Shown here one piece after another: positions 31,901 through 40,810 of a stretch of DNA of 64,000 nt. Origin of the DNA: a virus (lineage: Duplodnaviria; Caudoviricetes); IMG/VR virus record IMGVR_UViG_3300020413_000003, positions 60,935 through 124,934 of that record, one strand, 5' to 3'. Both the position numbers and the translations under genes were made by a program. The stretch's first letter is position 1. The number at the start of each line of letters is the position of its first letter. The notes below the pieces were generated by a model that made no database searches, was not told where the DNA came from, and worked only from the letters and a program-made list of their open reading frames with translations.

Positions 31901-33222
31901 CTAAGACTGCAACTGTTGGTTCTATAACTTACTCTGGAGATAACGTTTCATCTTCAACTGTTCAAGATGCATTCCCAAGTAGCACTCCAACATATACTAC
32001 TTCTCAAAGAAGAGTAACTATACAGCATTCACACCACGGTATGCATGATACAGATAATAATGTTGTTATCGAAGGTGTTACATCTGAGGTATCACCAACA
32101 TACTTAACATCATCTATATCAGCATCTGATACAACCATACAGGTTAATGATGCAACAGCATTCCATACCGTTATTAACGGTGCTAATGTTGGTACATTAA
32201 ATCTTGGTTATATCAAGATAGAAGATGAAATCATGTCCTATACTGGAATTAGTGGAACTGGTAAAACTATTACTGTTAATGAAAGAGGACTAGCTGGAAC
32301 TACAGCAGTAAGTCATGCTGATGAAACAAATGTGGAATGTTATAACTTAGATGGTATTCCTCTAACTGAAATCAATAAGACTCATACTAATATACAAAGT
32401 CCTACTTTAGACAGTTACGATCTTGCAACTTCATCTATTGGTAGATTAGGTATTAGATCTGGTGCTACTAATGTTATTGCATCTCAGAACATACAGTATG
32501 AAATTCTCTCACCACAAATTCAGAGAATGACTCTTCCTAAGACTTTGATCACAGCAAGAGTTAATACTATTACTGGAACATCAATTAATGATGGACAGTC
32601 ATTATCACAAAACTCATTCAGTAATACTGGAGAGTTCTATGATGTAAACCTAGGTGAAGATAATTACTTTGTTGCTCCACAGTTAATATGCTCTGCTCAA
32701 AACGAGTCTGCAGAATTAAGTGGTGCTAAGTCATTTAGACTGGATCTAACACTATTCAGTGAATCTGATAATGTAACTCCTGTTGTTGATACTGACAGAA
32801 TGTCTATTACTACAATCAGTCATAGAATCAACGCTCCTGCAGATCCTAATACTGCTCAGTTACCAGTTGGTGACGGACATAATGGAGTCTATATTACTAA
32901 GGTTGCTGACTTAAGTAATCCATCGTCTTCTATTAAATTAATGTTTGCGGGTTATCGCCCAGCTAACACTGAAATTAAACCTCTATATAGAGTACTACCT
33001 TCGGGATCTACTGATTCTATAGAGACTCTAGGATGGGAATTCTTCCCTACTGGTGATGCTAAGATTCCTCAAACTTCTGATGAGTTACAATACTACGATT
33101 ATGAGTATGAGGTTGCAGGTTTAGATTTCTCACAATACCAAGTTAAACTTGTGTTTGTATCTCCAAACCAAGCATACGCACCAATCGTTAAAGATTTACG
33201 AGCTATCGCTCTTGCTGTATAA
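25996..33222 (+). CDS. Large virion structural protein, VrlC/DUF4815-like
   Basis: NLNVTPYYDDFD...VLFRPGFPIQARELTQ N-terminus; RYTMRDIG, KNGFMVDDF, DPLAQSF, and C-terminal VKDLRAIALA typical of this cyanophage family. Confidence 0.8.
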   Translation: MAQNTNLNVTPYYDDFDKAKNFYRVLFRPGFPIQARELTQSQSILQNQIENMGTHLFKDGSMVIPGQIGYDLNVSAIMIQESFLGADVESYRSQITGKIITGLTSGVKAKVLYSISSTDSDKGYITLYIKYIESGGVDNNQDTFTNNEQLITDTEITFGTTLIEVGSPFAQLLPTAATQVGSVAYVQEGVYFIRGFFVDVPYQYILLDQYGSNPKYRIGLEILESIITPEDDLSLNDNAAGTSNYAAPGSHRFRITTNLVKKLLTDEADKDFIELLRINGNKIEKLVDRSAYDELEKTMATRTYEESGDYVVSDFQVTMRDGLNDGFNNGVYEVGDTTAQGNSAAESMYAVEFGPGTAYVRGYRLKTLSPTYVDIAKPRDTDASQNTIIPFTLGNYSKVGNINGFLNTAGSTISQAYQTVELRDRFTSTPGTAVGNVIGYARVASLEFLQDPDNSFGNADDKYNMHLFDVQMFTVLHLASAQTISTGAADQRGSLVVGKSSGAKGYLIDNVSAATHLSIYQVEGTFQQGEMVTLDGLNLDTITNVHTYKYSDSRQVCAKDESTSAVEFTADIILEDLKFLQGATFTYDATSSNEKITGLNSNFASDLRPGDRIYFSETKYVDVDYVDPTNLASSNTGSIFTYSTQVVKVTPPGSNYPAAGTYNTLLRYRSKLWETEKATLLKEMPKPYVKTISDESMVVRRTFDSQTVAANAISITLPENEQFQAITNTSYSFTVMGSTSSAYPAGAQIPIDTVNTGAIGYTTFTSADRTTIQITNLDVTGDSGAITSVKVTASVSKNVTTKKTKSPTNMFVLKVNQTVQNLDKQNYQLTYSGVYGTRIEDVDLSLGITDVFNIHAVYESMDDADPIIPSITLVEPTFFETKSIVTGKTSGARARVVDFNSSTLKLSLVYLSGKFISGETVDGFNSSNIAIQGIINDSVGSIIEGSKVITDRYELETGQTGFIYGISKLVRKKGVARPIRKVKIVLDYYSHAATGDYFAGQSYLDTAYADVPYYQEKFLPDFLDFRPGVRNLFTGTGSVASPAYVNAATLDFKHRTFPTAGSPSATLFDIPKVASDFRCDFDWYLPRVDKVFLLPTGEFQVVKGKSEQRPSPPDDLQDGMLLATLLHAPYGFDPSSDVVIQKSDNRRYTMRDIGTLEKRIDQVEYYTSLNMLESDTFNVEITDASGKNRLKNGFMVDDFTDHSKSSTTNPDYAAALSYSDGTCQSSHYTTNTSLLINESLSTNYQKTGPLITLPYTEIALITQSYASRVENVNPFNVFAYIGRIDLVPASDDWVDTNRLPVNVIDVEGDFEATSREMNVDQSGFAPIQWGSWNTTWSGESTGAWSTWREHTFANYVRGRGRRVMGSRTITATNNQTRRGIRSRVVPRIDRQSMGDRTVSSTSIPWIRSRNIDVTVARMKPRTTFYAFFDGTKVGDYMMPKVLEVIKNPSTDSRTNSTPFVIGETVRGLVSGARFRVSAPNNFFTWNPYDDTDMPSSYSSTTNFINVDTESLAAQAVGQYYGNIQVGEVLVGTSGARAVVRDRRLMTDRLGQWKGSFFIPQPQVNTNPRWATGSRLLRLTTNSDDSRTFGTVASAAQTEYAATGTLNTLQENVLSIRNADIVQDTVTQDRTVQTTRTETRQVGWWDPLAQSFLVDETGGVFITSVDVYFNAKDSNIPISMQIRTMSNGYPTTSILPFSDVTVTPDTIQTSETGAIATKFTFQAPVYIPQSIEHCFVLFSDSNEYQVWISRMGELDITGDRTISEQPYAGVLFKSQNATTWTADQYEDLKFVVYKAVFNTSVASQLTLNNAPLDIGNGGKIVLRTDPVQTYQPELQLVMNAVNATLPYTVGARVYQKTTLAQGTIKEITDSNAGVLLTINDISGTWQSGSSTGGTIINRIVSSKTLATMAVTSASGDFTVGETITGNSASAPTAEVVSWTDGGGGAGTLTLKYVSTTFTSSTEQITGGTSTKTATVGSITYSGDNVSSSTVQDAFPSSTPTYTTSQRRVTIQHSHHGMHDTDNNVVIEGVTSEVSPTYLTSSISASDTTIQVNDATAFHTVINGANVGTLNLGYIKIEDEIMSYTGISGTGKTITVNERGLAGTTAVSHADETNVECYNLDGIPLTEINKTHTNIQSPTLDSYDLATSSIGRLGIRSGATNVIASQNIQYEILSPQIQRMTLPKTLITARVNTITGTSINDGQSLSQNSFSNTGEFYDVNLGEDNYFVAPQLICSAQNESAELSGAKSFRLDLTLFSESDNVTPVVDTDRMSITTISHRINAPADPNTAQLPVGDGHNGVYITKVADLSNPSSSIKLMFAGYRPANTEIKPLYRVLPSGSTDSIETLGWEFFPTGDAKIPQTSDELQYYDYEYEVAGLDFSQYQVKLVFVSPNQAYAPIVKDLRAIALAV

Positions 33223-33443
33223 TGAAAGTTCCAATTAAAGACATTGAAAATTGGTACAAAGATGATATAACAGGAGCAGTTTCGTGTTCTGATTCCGCTA
33301 AGTATGAACAATACATGGCTGCATATAGAGCAGATCTGAAGGAGAAAGAAGATTTTAAGGCTTTACAAAATGATGTTTATAGCCTAAAATCAGATATGAG
33401 TGAGATAAAATCTCTCTTGTTAACGTTAGCAAAAAATTCATGA
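33222..33443 (+). CDS. Small hypothetical protein with C-terminal coiled coil
   Basis: TAATG overlap with the upstream stop; heptad LQNDVYSLKSDMSEIKSLL. Confidence 0.75.
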   Translation: MKVPIKDIENWYKDDITGAVSCSDSAKYEQYMAAYRADLKEKEDFKALQNDVYSLKSDMSEIKSLLLTLAKNS

Positions 33444-33679
33444 CAATGGAAAAGATCGGTCAAGATCAAATGCTCTCCCAATTTAAAGAGAGATACAGTG
33501 GGTTGATCAAAGAAAACCAGGAACTAGCTGGTAAAATCAAACAAAATGAAGTTCAAGCATTGAAACTTCAAGGTGCTATAGAAGCATTGGAGTATTATTC
33601 TCCACCAGGCGACACAGAATCCCCTCCAATTATTGAAGAGGATGATGTAACTTCCGAGTCTCCTGAGTTAACTGAATAA
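33440..33679 (+). CDS. Small coiled-coil hypothetical protein with acidic tail
   Basis: ATGA overlap; LKLQGAIEALEY motif; followed by a terminator. Confidence 0.75.
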   Translation: MTMEKIGQDQMLSQFKERYSGLIKENQELAGKIKQNEVQALKLQGAIEALEYYSPPGDTESPPIIEEDDVTSESPELTE

Positions 33680-33687
33680 ATCATTTT

Positions 33688-33714
33688 AAGGGGGGACAGG
33701 AGTTCCCCTTTTTT
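33688..33714 (+). terminator. Rho-independent terminator
   Basis: AAGGGGGGAC-AGGA-GTTCCCCTTT stem-loop running into a T tract. Confidence 0.8.
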
Positions 33715-33719
33715 AGTGA

Positions 33720-33727
33720 CATAAATA
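33720..33727 (+). promoter_or_regulatory. Late promoter (CATAAATA) for the fibre gene
   Basis: Immediately after the terminator, ~40 nt before the ATG at 33767. Confidence 0.75.
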
Positions 33728-33766
33728 ACTTGGAAGCATGTTCTCATAGAGTTGTCCTAAAAAGAA

Positions 33767-36700
33767 ATGGCAAATAGATTACAATTAAGAAGGGGTGGTG
33801 CACAGGAATGGGCAAACTCCAACCCGACTCTTGCACAAGGTGAATTGGGTATAGAATTAGATACTGGTCGATTTAAGATTGGTGATGGAGTATCAGCATG
33901 GAATACCTTGCGATACGAAAGACCTGTTGAATCCATATCTAATACTGCAAACACTCTTGTACAAAGGGATGCTGACGGTAATTTTGCTGCGGGTGTTATA
34001 ACTGCGACTCTAATTGGTAACTCTTCAACTGCTGCTAGACTTTCTTCAACTCGACAAATAACTCTATCTGATGACCTAAGTGCCACAGGAACATTTGATG
34101 GATCACAGAACTTAAACCTTGCTGCAGAACTTTCTTTAGTTGCAACTCTTCCTCATTACGATGGAACAGCTTCTTCATCTGGAACTTATAACAAAGTAAC
34201 TGTAGACGCAAAAGGTAGAATTACCGCAGCGATAGACTATACTACAGGTAATAATGGAACGCTTGCTGATTACGGTCTAGACGGGACTACAGAGGGTGCT
34301 TCTGCTCAACCTTATGATTTAGACCTAGTTGCTATTGCAGGTCTCACAACGACTGGTATGATCGCTAGAACGTCTGGTGGTGCTATGGCAACCAGAACGA
34401 TTACTGGTACTGCAGGAAAAATACAAATTAATAATGGTGCAGGTGTTAATGGTAATCCTACTATTAACCTTATAACAACTGCTGTAACTCAAGGTAATTA
34501 TAATACAGAGTCTTTAACTTCTGTTAATGCAGTAGGAGGTAGTAACGAACCATTTGGAACTGAAACTGTAAACGCAGTTAAGTTCACTGTTAATGAAGAT
34601 GGAAGAATAACATCAGCTACTAATCTTCCTATAGCAACTGCTACTGAAGGTAGTAAGTATGGTGCATTCAATGGTGCTACTAATTATGTAAGAGATAATA
34701 TAATTGAAACAGGAAGTAAGGTATATCAAGCGATTCAAGATATTAGTTCTGGAGGAATTGCACCAACACATACAGATTCATCTGATACTAATGGTTGGAG
34801 ATACCTCGCTGCTGCTGCAGTAGAACAAAAAGGTTTAGCATCATTTGCTCAAGAAGATTTTGACGTAGATTCAAATGGTCATGTTACTATTGCTGCAGTA
34901 GGAGTTGATAATAGTCAACTACAGAATAATAGAATTGGATTTGCTGATGGTAATACATTAGAGAATTTTGAACTAGATCAGGAATTAACTGCAACAAGCG
35001 GATACAGAGGATTTAACTATCTTAACTACGTTAAAGTAAATGACACATCAGGTAATTTACTTTTCGGTGCTAACAACACAGGAGATGGTGGAGCAGGTGA
35101 AGTAGATATAAATGTAAAAACATTATTCAGTGATCCAGATTTTATTCTGGATGGTGCAACTACACAACAGATTGATAAGACTGGAGATGGTGATTTCAAC
35201 ATAGAACTCACACAAAACACTGCAGTAGATAGAAACCTAACTGTAACTTCTACTAACGCAGGCTCTGGAACTAGCACATTAACATTATCTGCAGAAGATG
35301 TAGTAGATATTGATGCCACTGCTGCAACTGGAAAGGTACATATAGAAACTATGAGGTTCCAAGCAGACCATATTGGTGCTGTTGGAAATATATTAATTGA
35401 CCCTAATGATGATAGAGATGTTAGTGGTTTAGTAACTATTAGAGGAAACTTACAAGTAGATGGAACGACTACAACAATTAATTCAACAGTTACAACGTTG
35501 GATGATCCCATTATTACTCTTGGTGGTGATACTGCTCCAGCTAGTGATGACGGTAAAGATCGTGGAGTTGAGTTCAGATACTATGACACTCAAGCAAGAG
35601 TGGGATTCTTTGGTTACGACGATTCTTACACGGATCTCGGAGGACACAGTGGAGGATTCAGATTCCTCTACGATGCCACAAATACCTCGGAAGTATTTGC
35701 GGGAACAGATGCAGGGATCATCACGGGTAATATCAAACTCACAACAAATACTAACTCAACATCTAACACAACTGGAGACTTAGTAGTTGCAGGTGGTGTA
35801 GGTATAGGACAAGATGTTAATATTGGTGGAACAGTTGATATTGATACTAACTTAAGAACTCGTGGAACTACTAGATTTGATGATGAAGTAGTTGTTCAAG
35901 GTGCTTCTAAGAACTTCATAATGAAGAACGGAAGTGGAACTGCAAAAATTACTGCAGGATCTACAACTGGTAATATTACTATGGAAGGCATCCTTGCTGT
36001 TACAGGCAATGTAGATGTAAACACTGACAAATTTAATATTACAGCATCTTCTGGTAACACTGCTATTGCAGGTACTCTAGTAGTAAGTGATGCGACTACT
36101 ATAAAAGCAGACAACAAGTTCTTCAAGATTCAAACTGCTGCAGCTGCAGATAAGTTTACAGTTGATACAGATAACGGTAACACAGTTATATCAGGTGAAT
36201 TAAATGTAAACTCAGCTGTCGATCTTGATACAACATTAAACGTAGATGGTGGTGCTACATTCCAAGACAATGTAACACTTAACGCAGATAATAAGATGTT
36301 TAAGATCCAGACAAATGGATCTGTTGATAAGTTTACAGTAGATAGTGATAATGGTAATACAGTTATTGCAGGTTTACTAAATGTAAACTCAGCTGTTGAT
36401 TTTGATTCAACCTTAAATGTTGATGCAGGTGCAACGTTCCAAGATAACGTGACTATCAATGCTGACAATAAGATGTTCAAAATACAGAACAACTCAAACA
36501 GCAATAAATTTACAGTTGATACAGATAATGGAAATACAACTATACAAGGAACAGTTGATATAGTCGGAGTTACAACTCTTACTGACAACTTTACAGTTAA
36601 CGGATCTCAGACAACTATTGGTAATGCTAATACTGATGTTTTAACTGTTAATGCGGACGCAACATTTACAGATGATCTCACAGTAAATGCAACTGTTGAC

Positions 36701-39700
36701 TTTGATTCAACTCTAAATGTTGATGGGCAAGCAACCTTCCAAGACAATATCATCTTGAACGCTGACAATAAGATGTTCAAGATACAGAATAATAGTTCTG
36801 TAGATAAATTTACAGTTGATTCTGATAATGGTAATACAGAAACACAAGGAACATTAACAGTACAAGGTCAAACAAATATCATTGATTCACTTGTAATCAA
36901 TGCTTCTAATGAGAACTTCTTAATTCAGAATGGTTCTGGTGTTAATAAGTTTACAGTTGATACTGACAATGGTAATAGTAATATTGTTGGAACATTAACT
37001 GTTGGTAGCACATCACAAATTAATTCTACTCTTGGTGTTACTGGAATAACAAGTCTAACAAATGCTAGTGATCAAACTATTACTGGATCATTCGGTGTAG
37101 ATGGTGGTGTAAGAATTAGTGGTGGTGTTGGAATTACTAAGAGACTTGCTGTAGGAACTGATGCAAGAGTATATGGTAATACTACACTATCTGGAACTGT
37201 AGATATTGATAACAATACTGATGTATCTGGTAAGTTTAACATTAGCAATACTCAGGATGCCACAAGTTTTGCAGATAATTCTGTAGCATTTACTAATGAT
37301 GGTGGTGCAAGGATTACTAAAAATACTTACATTGGTGGTGACTTTATTGTTTATGATAACAATAACACAAGAGCTGCATTTACTGTTACTAATTTAACAG
37401 GAGATGGAGAATTCCATAATGATCTTACAGTTGGAGGTAACTTAATAGTCAATGGAGCAACAACTACTGTCAACAGCACGGTCACAACTCTCGATGACCC
37501 TGTTATTACTTTGGGTGGTGACACAGCACCATCGTCTAACGATGCTAAGGATCGCGGTGTTGAGTTCCGTTACTACGACGGCTCTGCTAAAATTGGGTAC
37601 TTCGGATTAGATAGATCATCCTTAGAATTTACATTCTTAACAGACGCTACTAATAATTCAGAAATCTTTACAGGAACTGATGCTCCTTTAAGAGTTGGTT
37701 CTCTTCATGTTACAGGTGCAGGACAATCTGTTGACATTGATGCAAATGCAAATATAGATGGAACCTTAACTGTAGATGGTCAAATTACATCTCAGGTAAC
37801 ATCAGGACCTGCTCTTGTTATTCCAACAACTGATAAGATTAATAATCTAAACGCAGACTTACTAGACAGTATGACAACTGCTGTTGCAGCAACCGCATCT
37901 ACGGTTGTTAATCGTGACTCATCTGGAGACTTTGCTGCTAATATTATTACTGTCGCAACTGGAACTGGATCTGGTGCAGGTATTCAAGGTAACGCAATTA
38001 CTGCTGACGAATGGAAGACTGCTAGAACATTAACTGTTGACGGTGTTGTAAATGGAACTATAAGCATTAATGGTGGTTCAGATATTACACTTACAACAAC
38101 ATTTGATGATCCTGATATAACTGGATTATCAGGAATGACTGGCACAGGTTATGTTGTAAGAACTGCTGCTAATACTTTCGCACAAAGAACTTTCCAAGTT
38201 ACAGGAAACTCAGGTATTACACTAACAAATGCTGATGGTGTTTCTGGTGCTACTACAATCAACGTTGCTTCTACATCTAACAATGCATCTGACAACTTAG
38301 TCTTACGTGATGGATCTGGTAACTTCTCTGCAGGAAATATAACTGCAGATCTAGGTGGAAACTTAACTAACACAACAACTACTGCAAAGAACTTTATTCC
38401 ACAAGCTACTGCTACTTGGAACTTAGGATCTAATACTGTCAGATGGGCTTATGGATATTTTGGTAATGTAACTTCTACTTCAGCAACTATAACCAATATA
38501 ACTGGTGATCTAGGTGGAAACTTAACTAACACAACAAGTACTGCAAGGAACTTTATTCCAGAAGCTGATTCCACTTGGAACTTAGGATCTAATACTGTCA
38601 GATGGGCTTATTCTTATTCAGATACCGTCGTTGCTCAATCAGCAACTATTACCAATATAACTGGTGATTTAGGTGGTAACTTAACTAATGCAAGCACAGT
38701 ATCAAAAAATATAATACCACAAGCTACCGCTACTTGGAACTTAGGTTCAAACACAGTTAGATGGGCTTACGTATATTCTGGTAATGTAACTGCTACTTCG
38801 GCAACTATTACCAATATAACTGGTGATTTAGGTGGTAACTTAACTAATGCAAGCACAGTATCAAGAAATATAATACCACAAGCTGATTCCACTTGGAACT
38901 TAGGATCAAGCACACAGAGATATGCATACACATACTCAGATAATTTCACTGGTAGCTCAGCAACTATAACTAACGTAACTGGTGATTTAGGTGGTAATTT
39001 AACTAACGCAACAAGTACTGCAAAATCAATTGTTCCTGTTGCTGATGCTACTTGGAATCTAGGATCTAATACACACAGATGGGCATATGTATATGCCAAT
39101 ACTCTCAACGTTACCAATAATATTAATGCTAATGTAACTGGTGCTCTAACAGGTAATGCTGATACTGCAACAAGATTACAAACTGCAAGAACTATTGGTG
39201 GAACAACCTTTGATGGAACTGTTGATATTACTCCTGCTACTGCAACACAGGCAACAAATCTTGATAACCATGATACTGATCAACTATCAGAAGGAACATC
39301 TAATCAATACTATACAGAAGCAAGAGTTCAAGCAAAAATTGACAATGCTTATGATCAACTAAAAGCAATGTTAACTAATCTTGCTACTACAACAACATTA
39401 AAAATAAATCTATCTGGAGATCCTACACCTGGTAATGTTGTATCACTTGGATCTATTACAGCAAGTGGTCTAGGAGGATTTACAGGAGCAACAGGAGTCG
39501 CAACAAATGGTGGAACTGGAGTTGGATTAACAGTTGATACGACTGTAACAAATGGTGCTATAACTGGAATCACATTAAATGCTGCAGGTACTGGATACTT
39601 AATAAGCGATACTTTAACACTCACAAATGCTAATGCAGGTGGTGTATCTACATTGAACCTTGGATCATTAGTAACTGGAACTGGTGGATTCAGCAATGCA

Positions 39701-40804
39701 ACTGCTGTTGCAACAACTGGTGGATCAGGAACTGGATTAACTCTTGATACTACAGTAGATGCATCTGGAGCAATTACAAACCTTGTAGTTAATGCTGCAG
39801 GAACTGGTTATGCAAATGGTGAAACAATTACACTTACAAATCCTAATGCAGGTGGAGTAGCTACAACAGATACTCTTGTTGTTGGAACTGGTTACATTAA
39901 TGGAACTGCAGTTGCAACGACTGGTGGTGGGGGAAGCGGTTTAACAGTAGATGTTACTACATCAGGTGGTCAAGTAACTGGGGTTGCAGTAAATGCTGCA
40001 GGAACTGGATACGCTGTTGATGACACTATTACTATTACTAACCCTAACGGTGGTGGAGTACAAACACTAGGAACTATTGCTACTGCAGGAACAGGATACG
40101 CTAATGGATCTGGTATTGCAGTTGTTGGAGGAAATGGATCTGGACTAACAGTTGATCTCACTACATCAGCAGGAGTAGTTACTGGAGTTGCAATCAATGC
40201 AGATGGATCTGGTTATGCAGTATCTGATGTTGTTACTATTGTAAATGCTAATGGAACAGGTGCTAAAACTCTTGGTTCTATTACGACTGCAGGAACAGGA
40301 TACACAGCTGGAAGTGGAGTTGCTACAACTTCATCTGGATCAGGAACTGGATTGACAGTTGATACTACAGTTGATGGAGATGGAGCAATAACTGCTGTTA
40401 CAATCAATGATGATGGATCTGGTTATGCAGCATCTGAAGTTATAACTATTGCAGGGGGTAGTGGAACTGCTCAATTTACTGTGTCAGCAATACATGGTAA
40501 TGGTTGCACAATTCCTATATCAGCAGTGTTTGACAACAACGCAACGTTCGATGTTGCAAGCGTATTTGTTGATGCAACAGTTAACCTTGCTACTGTATTC
40601 ACAGATGCAACCTTCGCACTGGGTGACATTACTGCAATGGAAATCGGTGGAATGGTAATAGGAGCAACTTCTGGTACAACTGGAGTTATAACTGCTATGG
40701 ATAGCAGTTCTGTTACTGTTGATAATGTAGACGGATTCTTCAAATCTGGAGAAACTGTTGGTGCTAATGATGTTACTAACTTGACTATAAGTTCATTCGG
40801 ATAA
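33767..40804 (+). CDS. Long fibre protein (tail or neck fibre) with Mtd/hyaluronidase-like N-terminus and several repeat families
   Basis: RLQLRRG...W...NPTLAQGELGIELDTGRFKIGDG...W N-terminal fibre motif; G/T/N-rich beta repeats; TGNADTATRLQTARTIGGTTFDGT fibre motif; immediately before gp13. Confidence 0.8.
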   Translation: MANRLQLRRGGAQEWANSNPTLAQGELGIELDTGRFKIGDGVSAWNTLRYERPVESISNTANTLVQRDADGNFAAGVITATLIGNSSTAARLSSTRQITLSDDLSATGTFDGSQNLNLAAELSLVATLPHYDGTASSSGTYNKVTVDAKGRITAAIDYTTGNNGTLADYGLDGTTEGASAQPYDLDLVAIAGLTTTGMIARTSGGAMATRTITGTAGKIQINNGAGVNGNPTINLITTAVTQGNYNTESLTSVNAVGGSNEPFGTETVNAVKFTVNEDGRITSATNLPIATATEGSKYGAFNGATNYVRDNIIETGSKVYQAIQDISSGGIAPTHTDSSDTNGWRYLAAAAVEQKGLASFAQEDFDVDSNGHVTIAAVGVDNSQLQNNRIGFADGNTLENFELDQELTATSGYRGFNYLNYVKVNDTSGNLLFGANNTGDGGAGEVDINVKTLFSDPDFILDGATTQQIDKTGDGDFNIELTQNTAVDRNLTVTSTNAGSGTSTLTLSAEDVVDIDATAATGKVHIETMRFQADHIGAVGNILIDPNDDRDVSGLVTIRGNLQVDGTTTTINSTVTTLDDPIITLGGDTAPASDDGKDRGVEFRYYDTQARVGFFGYDDSYTDLGGHSGGFRFLYDATNTSEVFAGTDAGIITGNIKLTTNTNSTSNTTGDLVVAGGVGIGQDVNIGGTVDIDTNLRTRGTTRFDDEVVVQGASKNFIMKNGSGTAKITAGSTTGNITMEGILAVTGNVDVNTDKFNITASSGNTAIAGTLVVSDATTIKADNKFFKIQTAAAADKFTVDTDNGNTVISGELNVNSAVDLDTTLNVDGGATFQDNVTLNADNKMFKIQTNGSVDKFTVDSDNGNTVIAGLLNVNSAVDFDSTLNVDAGATFQDNVTINADNKMFKIQNNSNSNKFTVDTDNGNTTIQGTVDIVGVTTLTDNFTVNGSQTTIGNANTDVLTVNADATFTDDLTVNATVDFDSTLNVDGQATFQDNIILNADNKMFKIQNNSSVDKFTVDSDNGNTETQGTLTVQGQTNIIDSLVINASNENFLIQNGSGVNKFTVDTDNGNSNIVGTLTVGSTSQINSTLGVTGITSLTNASDQTITGSFGVDGGVRISGGVGITKRLAVGTDARVYGNTTLSGTVDIDNNTDVSGKFNISNTQDATSFADNSVAFTNDGGARITKNTYIGGDFIVYDNNNTRAAFTVTNLTGDGEFHNDLTVGGNLIVNGATTTVNSTVTTLDDPVITLGGDTAPSSNDAKDRGVEFRYYDGSAKIGYFGLDRSSLEFTFLTDATNNSEIFTGTDAPLRVGSLHVTGAGQSVDIDANANIDGTLTVDGQITSQVTSGPALVIPTTDKINNLNADLLDSMTTAVAATASTVVNRDSSGDFAANIITVATGTGSGAGIQGNAITADEWKTARTLTVDGVVNGTISINGGSDITLTTTFDDPDITGLSGMTGTGYVVRTAANTFAQRTFQVTGNSGITLTNADGVSGATTINVASTSNNASDNLVLRDGSGNFSAGNITADLGGNLTNTTTTAKNFIPQATATWNLGSNTVRWAYGYFGNVTSTSATITNITGDLGGNLTNTTSTARNFIPEADSTWNLGSNTVRWAYSYSDTVVAQSATITNITGDLGGNLTNASTVSKNIIPQATATWNLGSNTVRWAYVYSGNVTATSATITNITGDLGGNLTNASTVSRNIIPQADSTWNLGSSTQRYAYTYSDNFTGSSATITNVTGDLGGNLTNATSTAKSIVPVADATWNLGSNTHRWAYVYANTLNVTNNINANVTGALTGNADTATRLQTARTIGGTTFDGTVDITPATATQATNLDNHDTDQLSEGTSNQYYTEARVQAKIDNAYDQLKAMLTNLATTTTLKINLSGDPTPGNVVSLGSITASGLGGFTGATGVATNGGTGVGLTVDTTVTNGAITGITLNAAGTGYLISDTLTLTNANAGGVSTLNLGSLVTGTGGFSNATAVATTGGSGTGLTLDTTVDASGAITNLVVNAAGTGYANGETITLTNPNAGGVATTDTLVVGTGYINGTAVATTGGGGSGLTVDVTTSGGQVTGVAVNAAGTGYAVDDTITITNPNGGGVQTLGTIATAGTGYANGSGIAVVGGNGSGLTVDLTTSAGVVTGVAINADGSGYAVSDVVTIVNANGTGAKTLGSITTAGTGYTAGSGVATTSSGSGTGLTVDTTVDGDGAITAVTINDDGSGYAASEVITIAGGSGTAQFTVSAIHGNGCTIPISAVFDNNATFDVASVFVDATVNLATVFTDATFALGDITAMEIGGMVIGATSGTTGVITAMDSSSVTVDNVDGFFKSGETVGANDVTNLTISSFG
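36104..36990 (+). repeat. 59-aa (177-nt) fibre repeats (ADNKMFKIQ...DKFTVDxDNGNT)
   Basis: Units begin at 36104, 36281 and 36458 (177-nt period), then 36758 after an insert, plus a degenerate copy near 36900. Confidence 0.85.
38341..39135 (+). repeat. Five 159-nt (53-aa) tandem repeats in the fibre
   Basis: LGGNLTN codons start at 38351, 38510, 38669, 38828 and 38987 (exact 159-nt period); motif IP....TWNLGS...R(W/Y)AY. Confidence 0.95.
39431..40633 (+). repeat. Five telescoped ~70-aa G(T/S)GY beta modules with five stacked closing strands
   Basis: Five GLT(V/L)D...G(T/S)GY...IT modules followed by AQFTVSAIH / GCTIPISAVF / NATFDVASVF / DATVNLATVF / DATFALGDIT. Confidence 0.8.
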
Positions 40805-40810
40805 TAAAAA

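Noticed and set aside
33767-39135. Diversity-generating retroelement target (Mtd-like N-terminus plus repeats)
   Set aside because: No reverse transcriptase or non-coding template repeat in the window; repeat differences are in-frame and not adenine-specific.
38341-39135. CRISPR-like array
   Set aside because: The period is a multiple of 3, fully coding, with no unique spacers.
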